The notes: generated from the letters alone by a model not told the origin. Positions 28,021 to 39,900 are shown, counted from the first letter of the whole stretch. The stretch is DNA of 60,499 bases, filler included, from Basidiobolus ranarum (GCA_040143965.1; 13 parts of 13 records of this genome joined end to end with filler, not necessarily neighbours in it), one strand, 5' to 3'. Translations and numbers: made by a program.

Positions 28021-28950
28021 GCCACCTCAGAAGGGCTAAAATTCAATTTTGATAAGTCAGGATGCACCATCACTGATCAAAATGGGAATTATTTAGCTTT
28101 GGGAGAAAAGGATCAAAACTTATACAAACTTTCATATCATCCAAGAAATTTATGTGTTAATTTAAGTTATTCCAATCCAGAAACTATTCAATTATGGCAT
28201 AAGAGATTTGGCCATATTGGATTAGGTTATTTGAGCAAAATGATCAAAAATTGCCTAATTTCTGCAATTCATATTAACCCCCCAACCAAAATGGAAATTT
28301 GTGACAGTTGTATATATGGAAAACAAGCTAGGCAACCATTCAAGAGCTCTGGTTTAATCATATCTGTCAAAAAATTGGATCTAATCCATTGAGATTTGTG
28401 TGGACCTATGCAAAATTTATCTTTAGGTGGAAAAAGATATGTAATCACATTTATTGGTGATTATACAAAATGCTCTTGGGTCTACTTTATGCAAAGAAAA
28501 GAAGAAGCTCTCTCTATCTTTAGAGATTTCAAAACACTTGTTGAGACTGAAACTGGAACTAAAATCAAGAAAATATGTACTAATAATGTTGGAGAATATA
28601 ATGCAACACTATTTAAGCACTTTTGCAAAGTTCATGGAATTAAGAAAGAAACTACTGCTCCCTATTCACCTCAACAAAATGGAGTTGCTGAAAGAGCTAA
28701 CAGGACTATCATAGAAATGGCAAGATCTATGATAAATGCACAAAATTTATCTCATAACGTTTGGGCAGAATCTGTTGCTACAGCTGTATATCCAAAGAAT
28801 AGGAGTTTTACTGGAAGTCTGTCTAAATCTACACCATATCAAGCTTGGTTTGGAGTTACACCTGATGTAAAACATTTGTGGATCTTTGGATTCATTGCTT
28901 ATGTCAAAATCATGACCAAAAATTGGTCTAAATTTGATCCAAAAAGTTTG
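28021..28950 (+). mobile_element. Copia family A GAG-pre-integrase and integrase core fragment
   Basis: LWHKRFGH...CDSCIYGKQ (HHCC), IH*DLCGP, APYSPQQNGVAERANRT. Confidence 0.92.
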
Positions 28951-29489
28951 TTTCTTCTGTTTTTAACAAAGGGCAAGTAGTTGATTAAGAACCACAAAGA
29001 GCATGGCTTATATTGTCATTTATCATTGCAAATGACTTATATGATTCAACCAAACCAACCCAAGAGCTCTTTACACCTGGAGAAGAGTCAGCACCAAGGA
29101 GTGTGTCATCATACAGGCATACTGGTTTAATGCATCCTAACATATGACAGCAACAAAAGCAAGCTGCAAAGATTATTGAACCTTCTACCTTGTTGGAAGA
29201 AGATCTGACTTTTTAGAGCAAATTACTACAATAGCATTTCATTACAGCATGCCCCCAACAAGACCAAGACAACAGGTGTTTGAGAGAGACAGTAGGGTTT
29301 TTAGCATGCTTGAAGAAGCCACAACAGTCAAACATAAACTTGAAGGTAAAAAATATGTCCCAACATGTTCTGCCTGGCAATAATGCTCATAGCAAGTTAA
29401 AAGGATTAGTGATACTCCTATCAAGATTGAAGAGGTAGACACTTGCATCAATGTGCACCACCATGCAACCCCAGCCAAAGCAGGTCTAA

Positions 29490-29875
29490 AGAGATGAAGC
29501 TTTTAGCATGGCTTAAGAATCAATTACTGCTGATGTATCTCAAGAAAGATGCTCTGGGCCACCATGTGGAACTTTTTGCCAGCAGCAATGGCTGGTTGTC
29601 CAATAAGTGATGGTTTAATATTTGAAGAAGAGAATGTAGTTAGATACAAACTGTAAATTAGGCCAGATAAGCTAACACATACTACAGTGCATTAACCTCA
29701 ATCCACACCTAAATGCTGGCCAAGGTAGAGGAAATTCAGTAGGATCAAACTGATCAGCCTAGCACAGAGACTTAAGCTGAGTTACTTCTGTGGAAATATC
29801 AAGGAGACAACAAAAATAACAGAAGCAATAAGGCTTGAACTGCTTCCAACCTACACAACTGATGAATGATTTTAT
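29490..29875 (+). mobile_element. Possible pogo/Tigger/Tc5-type transposase relic (CENP-B-like HTH)
   Basis: The broken frame gives EMKLLAWLK...ITADV...FASSNGWL, resembling the CENP-B HTH signature E-x2-L-x2-W...F-x-AS-x-GWL. The context is CpG-depleted and the match is heavily degenerate. Confidence 0.4.
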
Positions 29876-30406
29876 TACCACTTACAGTATCTTAGCTTTG
29901 CTGTTTAGCACATCATTGCAATTGAAATGTATTACAGTTAAATACAGCTTAATTTGTTTGAGTTAAATCCTGATTGCTTATGTCAATATGAAACACTGAG
30001 AGTGTAAGATTATTAAATATCAAAGAAATACATTGAGATCCTGTTCATTCAAGTGATTTCAATACAAATGAATGAAAAATGTCTATAAATAAAGAGCTGA
30101 TGCAGCCTTATTGGCCTAATATGGGCCAATCCATTCATAATCCCACTTAGTTAGAATTTATAAGATTGAATAGATGACTTGCCAATCCAAAAATGATGCA
30201 TCTAGCAATCCTGAGCAAGAGTATCCTACTGCAGCTTGATCAATTGCAGAGTGATGTGATTAGCCCTGGTATGCTAAGATTCTGGTGTTTCACAATGCAG
30301 GTACTATTGGGCCCCACTGGAGATCTGTTATTATATGTGTGCAAGATAAATAATTGGCCCATTGACTTACAAATGCCTTGCTTATACATTTGACTTGGAA
30401 TGTCAC

Positions 30407-30711
30407 TGTTGCAATTAGGTAAATAGCAACTCAATATTTAGTAGTTAGTGTATTCATATTCATATTGTTTTGCACTCAATTCCAACATTAAATTCAAAGA
30501 TTTATCAATCAGATCACTTTTACCAATGTTCACTATTTTCTCAAAACTACTCCAAAACAACTCAAATTTTTACCCATGCTTTACAGCATATTGTAATGAT
30601 CTAAGCTTGTTCAATAGTTTTATTTCACAATAAACTATAAATAGAGCAAATTCCATTCAATAAATCTTGTCTTGTCCAAAACACTTCCTAATCCCCAAAA
30701 TATTTCTATCA
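30407..30711 (+). mobile_element. Solo LTR of Copia family B
   Basis: TGTTGCAATTAGG...TTCTATCA, homologous to the reverse complement of 47650-48000. Flanks GTCAC and GTCAG give a 4/5 TSD match. Confidence 0.85.
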
Positions 30712-30879
30712 GTCAGAGTATAAATTTATTATCACTACTGAATATTTGGTTGGTAAGTTACAAATCAGGTGATAAACTTGCTTTGTTAGTTTCCCAGAAT
30801 TTTAATTTGTCAAAACTTGATTGGATAACCTGGTACAAGCTGGCACAATATTTCTAAAAAAAACATCATATTTACTTGT

Positions 30880-31295
30880 GGTGGGATGGTGCCAAAAAAT
30901 ACTAAAAAGTGCAGTCACTGCACAAAGTTGTCGGTTGCAAAGAGTCTGGTGAGTAGCAATAGTAATAAGGGTGCACAGACTGCTTTAGCATTTCCCACTG
31001 AGTTCATTGGATGCAGTTTATCTCAAAGTTCAATGACACTGTTGAAAGTGAAGATACCAGTGAGTTACCACACTTGTATGACCAGAAAGACAAATGTAGA
31101 AGTACAAGTTGTTTCAGCCAGTATGTGCAGAAGACTTTGAGAATATGCTGTTAGATGCTGACCTTGGTAATCCCTGATAGCAGTATATCAGAAGAGGATA
31201 ATGACTTTATTATTGACTCTTTGTTGTTGGCATGCATTAGTCAACTTATAATACTAACATTAGAGGAAGTAGCTATGCTTATTGAGGAATAGAAA
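30880..31295 (+). mobile_element. CACTA 5' fragment
   Basis: Collinear with about 40240-40645 (GTCACTG, GAGTTACCAC...ATGACCAGA, TATATCAGAAG), which precedes the transposase relic. Confidence 0.55.
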
Positions 31296-31644
31296 GTAGA
31301 ATCTGTTAAGTAGTTGGGGGAGTGTTGAAAGTAGTTTGGAGAAGCAGAGAAATTAGTGGTTTTTGCATGAAGATTTGTTGAGTCGAAAGTTGAAATTTAT
31401 AGTTTGTCATGATGTAAGTAAACTAATATGTAGAATGTGCTAAGGAAGGTTCCAGGAATATATATGCAGAGTTTGGGCTACTAGCACAAGTTTGAAAAAT
31501 CTATACCTCTGATGATTTCTAAGTTGGTAACAATATGCTTAGTGAATTCCAATTGAAAATAAGGGGTAATATCTTGGTGAAATATGAGATATCCAAGTAC
31601 CTAGCTATATACAACTATATAGATACTAAGGCACAGCTAATTTC

Positions 31645-31925
31645 TGTTGAAATTATTTAGGGAGAAATATTGGTCTGACCAGGATTTGAAACTGGGACCT
31701 CCTTCACTCTAGCAAGGTGCTCTACCACTGAGCTACCAGTCCTTGTATGCTATGCCTATATTGCTATGGAACCTTAACCTAGACTGTCAATGTATGATAC
31801 TTTGGCATTTCAGCTATACAAGCAACTGATTGGCCTTAGACTTTGTGTTCAGATGCAGTCACCATACTCCATATTTTCCTCTTTGGGAATTGCTGCTTGT
31901 ACCACAAGTCACCAGACTTTCAACA
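31645..31925 (-). mobile_element. 281-bp solo-LTR-like element carrying a tRNA-derived sequence (Helenus-like TRIM LTR)
   Basis: 8-bp terminal inverted repeats TGTTGAAA/TTTCAACA. Perfect 5-bp TSD ATTTC at 31640-31644 and 31926-31930. Internal tRNA-like segment. Partial copies at 58018-58093 and 60394-60499. Confidence 0.85.
31671..31742 (-). pseudogene. tRNA-derived sequence (A box and B box) within the LTR-like element; not a canonical tRNA
   Basis: GGACTGG-TA-GCTC-AGTGGTA-GAGC-A-CCTTG-CTAGAGT-GAAGG-AGGTC-CCAGT-TTCAAAT-CCTGG-TCAGACC-A. It has cloverleaf spacing but mismatches in the acceptor, anticodon and T stems. Confidence 0.85.
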
Positions 31926-32683
31926 ATTTCAACACTCTCCCTCAACTGAGAGACATACAAACTAGCTATAAGGAAGGTCTGATTTTCTCAAATTACTGTC
32001 TAGCTAATGGTTTGGTTAGTATATCAGCAATCTTGTCTTCTATAGAATAAAAAGTTAAGTCATTAAACTTATTCTCTATAGTTCCTTCAATGAAGTGAGG
32101 TCTAATATTAATATGTTTACTCTTATTGTTAAATATGGAATTTTTAGCTAATTTGATACAACTTTGAGTTTCATGAAATGATGTAGTGGTTGAGTTTTGA
32201 GAATAACCTAATTCTGTTAAGAGTTTTCTTGACCACATTGCTTCTTTTTTTGCTTTACAGGCAGTTTTTTATTCTGCTACAGTTGTTGAAATTGATACAG
32301 TAGGTTGTTTCTTTAAATTCCAAGAAATATCACTATTGCAGCAAAAAAATAAGTTTCCTGTTGTAGATCTCCAGTCTTCAACATCTCTCTCTCCCCCTAT
32401 CTGCATCTGAATATCTGCTCAGATCAAGGTTTTATCCAGAACATATGCACTTTGAGCACACATTAATACCCTAACAAAAATAAAATCGATTTGATCCGGA
32501 TTGGATCCACCCTCCAAAATAGCAAAACCGTCAGAGAACCGTCACAATATCGTCGGCTTGCATTCTGCCAGGGATTTTGATGGNNNNNNNNNNNNNNNNN
32601 NNNNNNNNNNNNNNNNNNNNNNNNNNNTTAATTAATTAANNNNNNNNNNNNNNNNNNNNNNNNNNNNNNNNNNNNNNNNNNNN

Positions 32684-33958
32684 CGGAGTTTCCTAACCCC
32701 CCCCCTAGATGATGACTAGAGTGTCATAGAGGAAAGAGCAATTAGAAAATTAGCGATAAAATGCATAGCAATAGAAAATGGAGGAAAAATCGAACTCACT
32801 TCCTTCAAGACCACTTTTTTTCCTTTCAATTCGGAGTCATCCAATTTCTTGATAGCACTTTTCATGTCATCATAGGAGGAGAACTCGACGACACTAGTAG
32901 GAAAGAATTGGTTAAATCTAAGTACATTGAAAGAAATGACTAGAGCTGAATGTAACGAAACACTTACCCTGCACCTTCTTTATCACGATGAGCATCTGCG
33001 AAAGTGACTTCTCCGGCTTTTCTCATGAAATCTTTGAGATCCTTTGAAATGGTGCATAGAAAGGCGGAAGGTGATTCATATTAGGCTCCAGTTAATGTGA
33101 TCCATATATGGACAACTATATAGCATGAGATTATCTAATAGCAAGATATAACTGGGGAAACCGTACAGCCAAACCAGGTCATACAAAGATTGATAAGTAG
33201 GCCGCTTGTTCACTCGGGATATTCAAGTCCATTTGTGAACAAGCAGATTCTACTGGTTCAGATTCTCACATGGAAATATTATATGCCCTGATAGCCAATT
33301 ATCCCAGTAATCTCTCATTTAGATATAAGCCCAAGTAGCATACAAATGTTCCCCAAATATCACAAAGTATTGCTGCCAAGTTGTCCAAGAGAGTATTCGG
33401 AGAGATCCATACCTGCCAGCTAGCACTCGACGCAAGATTTTCCACAATAACACGATGTTGGGTACGTTGAGGAGGGCCGTATCTGAAAGTGGAAGGTCGT
33501 TAAGTATACTGACACTTTATTAATATGACTACACAAAATAAATATGAACCTTGATGTTTCTCTTCTATCACGAGGGGCATTTTCATTACGTTCGTTACGT
33601 TTACGTTCCCCACGGGCAAGTTCGACAATAATTCTATAAATTACCCACCCGAAAGATATTAGACGAGATCGTATATACAGATGAAAGTGATATGGATGTA
33701 CCTTTCGTTGAAGAATTCTTTACCGTTGAAGTCGTAAACTACATCCTCGGCATCTTTTTGATCACGAAATTCCTTGTTGCAACGACCTTCGTTATAAACA
33801 GAAAACATACCATATACATACTAAAATATACTTACGACAAAGCCGAAGCCGTTCTTGAGGGTGATTTCTCTAATATCTCCATATCCTTTAAAAAGTTTCT
33901 CAACGTCACGCTCACGAACGTCACGCGCGAGGCGACCGATATACACTCTGGAACTCAT
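32684..33958 (-). CDS. SR splicing factor with two RRMs (SRSF4/5/6, Srp2-like); RS domain cut by contig end
   Basis: The spliced product reads MSSRVYIGRL...LKNGFGFV|EFRDQKDAEDVVYDFNGK...|YGPPQRTQHRVIVENLASSASWQ|DLKDFMRKAGEVTFADAH...|VVEFSSYDDMKSAIKKLD. SWQDLKD is the diagnostic pseudo-RRM motif. Confidence 0.95.
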
Positions 33959-36055
33959 GAGAAATGAAGAAAGTATGAAAGAAAGGGAAAGATTAGCGCA
34001 AATTGAGTGTGTGAAGAAAGAAGTATTTACCGGATAATCATTGAAAAATTGAGATTGTGTCCCCTGCAAAACCGCTTCATATGATACTATGATAGCTAAT
34101 CAATGACGAAGTTCGATACCCATGCTTAAACTCGAGGATTCTATGAATGACAAATAGATTGGCTAGGCTCTCTGGCGAATCAACGCTTAGAAGCAGATAA
34201 AATGGTCAACTTTCTCATTCCAACTCTGAATCTTGGCAGCGATATTTTTTGCACCTCATTCATGCAAGCTCACCATATCCCTTAATGATTGGCATGTATT
34301 GGCTGATTTGACTTCGCCTCTGATAGCATTGGATTGAGGTGGTACCATAATAATACTAGTGGCTCATGGCACCCAAGGTGAGTTACGAGCTGATCTGGAT
34401 CAACTCGAATAGGAAATGAAAATTTCAACCATATTAACCAAGTTCAAACGTATAAATGCTCATTCAACTTTAGGGTCATGCATCATTTGAGGATCATGCT
34501 CGAGAGTACACTACTGGATCTACTCTGCTAATCCACAATAGCCCACTGTAATATTTATCCAACGTTTAGCCTTATCTCACGAGAATGGTTTGATTTGATT
34601 TTTCGATAGATTACGTACATATGTATTGTATATCAAAATAGCACAAAGTAGACCTCCAGGCAAATATTATACACCTTCGCTGTAATAAGATCGAGCATAT
34701 TAAAGTGTACGTTTCCCTTCACATATGTAATGCTTAGTGTCCGCAAGTATTTCTCCAAGTTCTTTATATTCTAGGACTACTCAGGCTGCCTTTTTGTCAT
34801 GATGCAAGCAAAACTGGCTTTTAAACCAGGGACTTCTATTGTACCTTCAAAGATCCAGTTTTGAACGCCTCCCCCAGGGGCATAGAAATCAAAGCGGAAG
34901 CATAGCGCAGTTTTAAGTAGTTGTTCAGCCTAACTGTTCCATCTTTTAGGACACTGAGAGAGTACCGTTTTTATATCTCCTGTTTTTCACATTCTTCAGC
35001 ATTGAAGTGTTAACAACAAATTGTTCTGGAGAGTTCTTCAAACCAACTGTGATTGGAGTCCACATCAGTATTTTTAACTTGAACGAAGTGTAGAAATGGA
35101 CTTTCATGAAGAAAGCGCATTGACAAAAATCTCTCTTTTATCTTCGATTATTCAATATTTGATAGTGGCGTCGGAGATGGGTAACGATTAAAAGAATTTA
35201 ACTCTGTGAGGTAGGATGGGATACAAACGGCTGCTCGCAAGTCACAGTATCAGTCAAATAAATAGATCTAACTCGCCATACATATGCTCTAAACGCTGAT
35301 ACCATGACCTATTAATCGTAGCTCAATATTACATAGAGTATATGTGCATTTGCCTCGGATGTAGGCTAACACATTATTGCTAATAATGGTAGAACTTCCT
35401 AACTATGCATGTATTGTAAGCCAAAAGATACCAGAGCAATAACTAAAGTGATATTAATGAAAATGTGATTTTATTGTAATCTGATAATTTCTTATGCATT
35501 GAATAGCGTGAAGTGTGACGTTGATAACATTATTGGAATATGATGAGATGTCTGAGTTAAGTTGAAGCTATAAACTGATAATAACTGAAGGTTTGGCTTG
35601 GAGAATGGCAGTACCAATCTTAAGACGTTCAGGCCATTTATTAAACACAGCGCAGCCGTTATCGCATTTTTGATATTGGTTATCCGTTTATAACGTACGG
35701 AAGAGTTGCCTACTTTTCATCCCAAGCTTCGACGTTTCTCAAAGTAAAGTTAACTATATTGATATATTCCACCATTAATTGAGCTAGTCAAGAAAACGGC
35801 AAGATCCGAAGAGATTATATTGTGATCATCTATTCTGATCGAACTGCCCCTTAGAACTCGTTCAAAACTCGAGGTACAGTTAATAGATCCAATCCAAACT
35901 TCGACTATATTTCTGGTCCCTAAAATTACTGGGGAATATTGAATCTGAATTAAATTCTTGTTTGATTAGAATTCAGTTTAGTATCAATTCTGTGGGGAGT
36001 ATAATTGTAGAGCTAGATGCCTCTGTAGTGCTAAAAACTTTGAACGTTTTAAGCT

Positions 36056-37243
36056 ATGTCGGTAATAAGAGGTTCGAACCTAAAATATGCAATTAAGAAC
36101 ACGTCTCTTTTCATTGGTAACAAATTTGTAAATCCTTTGAGGAGCAATCCTCCTCGTGTACTTGTCAACCCTGCTACCGGTATGCCATTGGCAGAGGTGG
36201 CTGAGGGAGGTCCAGAAGATGTCGAAGCGGCAGTTCTCGGAGCGAGAGAGGCACTTCAAGGAGAGTGGAATAATTGGAATGGACGTCAGCGTAGAGATGC
36301 TTTGAATTTATTGGCACAAACTCTTAGTGAAAATTTAGAGGAATTGTCATACCTCGAGTCAATTAACGCTGGGAAGCCGTTAGCCGAGGCACGTTGGGAA
36401 GTTGGTGAGAGTATAGAATGCTTCAAATATTTTAGCGGGTATGCAGACAAAGTAAAAGGATCTTCCTACCACATTGACACAGGATTACATTCATACACTA
36501 TGCAAGAACCCGCTGGTATTTGTGGACTGATAACAAGCTTCAATTATCCTTTATTACTAGCGTCATGGAAATTAGCCCCAGCTCTAGCTACCGGAAATAC
36601 TGTATTAATGAAGCCCGCTCCACAAACTCCACTCACTCTTCTGGCTGTAGCTAGATTGATTTCAGACAAAGAAATTTTTCCCAAAGGAGTAGTTAACGTT
36701 ATAACTGGTGGAGCTGCGGTTGGCGAAGCTATCAGTAAGAATATGCTTATTGACAAGTGCAGCTTCACTGGCTCCACTCAAGTAGGAAGACAAATCCTAG
36801 GTCAGAGTTCGAAAACCAATCTAAAGGGGATCACCCTAGAACTAGGAGGGAAAAACCCACTCATTGTTGCCGAAGATGCAGATATATCTAAAGCGGTTGA
36901 TGAGGTATTCCTAGCGGCTTTTTCTAATGCAGGCCAGAATTGCTGTGCAGGCACGCGCCTATATTTGAATGAGACGATTTACGAAGAATTCTTGGCCAAG
37001 CTTAAGAACAAATTGAGCCAGGTTTCGGCGACTACCGATCTTGAGCACCCCGATTGTCAATATGGCCCACTAATTGATGAACAACAGTATAGGAAAGTTA
37101 TAAAGTTTATCGATCGTGCTAAAACTTAATACCCTTCTCTCAAAGCCGCTGCGCCTCAGGTGACCAAAGGATATTTTATTGAACCTACTGTATTCTATGA
37201 CGTAGATGATGACGCAGAAGTCGCAAGAGAAGAGATATTTGGC
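36056..37243 (+). CDS. Aldehyde dehydrogenase with an in-frame TAA at 37127-37129; 3' end cut by contig end
   Basis: [28 protein letters not shown] and NAGQNCCAG (catalytic Cys). After the TAA the same frame continues [22 protein letters not shown]...AREEIFG. Confidence 0.9.
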
Positions 37244-37479
37244 NNNNNNNNNNNNNNNNNNNNNNNNNNNNNNNNNNNNNNNNNNNNTTAATTAATTAAN
37301 NNNNNNNNNNNNNNNNNNNNNNNNNNNNNNNNNNNNNNNNNNNTTCTACTATATAAGTCACCATATACTCTTAAGAATAAAGTAACAACAACACACCATG
37401 ATAAGTTGCTTCTAATACTCAAAGTCTACCCCCATTATGTCAATATCCTCCAACACATACAATTGCGGAATTTGAACAG

Positions 37480-38345
37480 TTATCTAATGTGGTTCAGATG
37501 GGTGAATAATTTGTTAAAGCTAATATTGTTGTATGTATTGGTGACACTCCTCTCATCAGTAAAGTTGGAGGTTCTTGTGGGTGCAATGCACTATCTTGCT
37601 GTAGATTTTGTCAAATCACTGAAGTTTACTCTATCAGGCATATGCATTACTACTTTGCAAAAACAAAACTAAACTCCATGATCTTACTCTCAAGAGCCTA
37701 GACAGATTTCAACATGATCACTGACATCAATTCACCAAATTATCAGTTTAATATCAAACTTGGTATTAACATTAAGCCTAAGATTACATTTCTAAATGGC
37801 ATCTGCTGGAGCCAGAGCTTCCCGTTAAGCACTTTGCACTTACTATTCAACAACAATCCAATACTACTTTCTCAGCTATATAGTAGAAAATTCAATTTCA
37901 ATTAGCCATTTAGGACAGGATGGAAGCTTTAATTGATTGGGAAAATGATTCAAAATGTCAAGATCCTATCACAATTTACCAGGACTTCCATTAATATCCA
38001 CTAATTTAGGCTTTTATTTCAAAGCAAAGACTGGAAGTATTGGATTTGTGTATATTGAAGTGGAATCTGAAGAAAGATTTCTGCTTGATAAGTATTGGCA
38101 CATTGGAAGTTGTTTGTGGATATTGTTAATATATTCTTACAGCATCAACTCACATTGGCAGATGTCAGGCAGATACAGTAATGGTGCAAAGATTTTTTAA
38201 TTGGATGTGAAAAATGCTATTACAGGCTTAAAGAAGATACACTAAATTTATGCCAGTTTCTAATACATTCCCTGCTGCATCTTTCACAATGCTTACAGAT
38301 AATAGGCCCTTGCTATGCAATCAGGGAGTTTCCAATGCCCTAACA
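37480..38345 (+). mobile_element. CACTA/En-Spm transposase relic, C-terminal part (copy 1)
   Basis: IGDTP...G...NALSCCRFC, SFPLSTLHLLFNN, IHSLLHLSQCLQIIGPCYAIREFPM. Confidence 0.8.
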
Positions 38346-38739
38346 GAAATTAGAGGATTGCTATTGCAGGAAACCATCACAATTTTCATCTATTTGGGAT
38401 TGATCATTTACTTACCATCATAAAATTGTCCAGTTAGATCTGATTTTAATCAATTTTTTCAGTTTCAGGAGTGAAATTTCAACATCTTGCAAAATAATTG
38501 CAGATGATTGACTACAATCTTGGCAAACTATGGATTAATGCATGTGCAAAAAAGTAACTAAAATTTACACATTTACCACTTAAACACTAATTTGTCACCT
38601 TTGAAATTCCTAGTTTCTTTCATATATTCTCCTGAATATTTTTATAGAGTTCTTCATACCCAAGGTTTAGCTTGTATCCAGCACAAGTTTGTATCAATAT
38701 CTCTATTAAAGCCCACCATTGCATTAATGTTGCTGAATC

Positions 38740-39900
38740 AACATTCTTCCAGCTATCTGGTGGATACCCTGTAATATGATGCTACTCAGCATCAAGTTCT
38801 TCCCAGATATCTGCATGGTCAACACCAGATTGAATGTCAAGTTAAATGTAGTAGAGCCTAAACTCACTGGCTCCTTTACTTTTCCCTTGGGTTTACTAAC
38901 TTCCTGCTCCTTGAGTACTTCTTTAGCTGCTTTTCTTTCAAATCCAAGTCAATATTTGCATAAATTTTGAGATGTTTTATAAATAGGCCTATACTAGCCC
39001 AATTGCCATATGCTTGCAAAAACCCAGGATAAGCCATATGAGATAAGTCAAGAGCCTTCAGAATAATGCCTGGTTTTTGGTTTTTCCTCAATTGGCTCAA
39101 ATCCAGGTGATTTTGGGCTAGATTCCACACAGTTACCAAAATGTTACACCACTCATCATCAGAGCAAGTGATGCCAGCTCTGACATTCAGAGTCTTTTAG
39201 TTTGCCAGTTTTCCTATGAGATTTCCACTTTCATGTGCCCAAGCAATTTCAGGTTGTTGTGTAGGCTTAATGATCCAACACATATTCTGCTCTGCTAGAT
39301 TGTCATGGTGGCATTCATATGTATGGTGTGGGATTGATTGAAATCCCATATGAGAATGGATGGAGGGAGCAGCATGTTGCTATAGCTCAACTACAGCATT
39401 CTGAAGGTCTTGAATCATTGTTGAGTAACTCTCTGACTATTGACTAGTTGCTTCCAAATGCTGCATTTATTGCAATATTGTGGTGTTATTGCTTGTCATG
39501 GCCTGTATAGCAACTTTGGAGCTTTTACTTATGATTGCATACAAAGCATTATGGCATTCTGCCTGCAATTCTCTTGTTGTAATAATTCTATCCAAATTTT
39601 CTACACAGGTTTGTTGAATAGTGGGGATATTAGCCATTTTGGAAGTAGATGGTATAGATGGTGCTTTGGTTGAACTTTGCTCAACTATTGATTTACTATG
39701 TAATTGGGGGATTACAATCTCTTCACTTGCACTATTGCTGGAAAGGAACATGTCTGGTAGATTGATCAAAGCTTGATCATTACTTCAGTTAGTTTCCGGC
39801 ATGTTAATACCTTGCAAAGTGGATAGTGGAATGCTAGACTGCTCATCAATCAAGTCCTCTGTTCTTGCTGGTTTTTTTCCTTTTGTGCCAGCAGGCTTTG
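38740..39900 (-). pseudogene. Decayed accessory ORF lying between CACTA transposase relics
   Basis: Minus-strand ORF fragments (39467-39769, 38876-39139) with a second copy at about 19000-20300. Shared peptides HDNLAEQNMC and GNWASIGLF. Confidence 0.55.

Larger units (their letters stand above)
31304..32470 (-). mobile_element. Copia family A 3' end (RNase H, PPT, 3' LTR 31304-31934) interrupted by the tRNA-bearing element
   Basis: IADILTKPLARQ and PPT at 31935-31943. The LTR terminus AATTTCAACA is restored when 31645-31930 is removed. Confidence 0.9.

Noticed and set aside
31671-31742. Functional tRNA-Ser(AGA), or a suppressor tRNA explaining the ALDH stop
   Set aside because: Stem mismatches, no long variable arm, no oligo-T terminator, and it lies within a mobile element. 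The anticodon position does not read TAA.
31645-31925. tRNA-derived SINE
   Set aside because: The tRNA part is near the 3' end rather than the 5' head, there is no A-rich or simple-repeat tail, and the ends are TG...CA inverted repeats with a 5-bp TSD.
34400-35200. Broken minus-strand reading frame between the SR gene and ALDH
   Set aside because: Interrupted by stops and no family recognised.
36056-37243. Genome-wide TAA/TAG-to-sense codon reassignment
   Set aside because: Conserved genes end at expected positions with TAA (lipase, APE4) and TAG (TRP1, GUT1) and have no internal stops.
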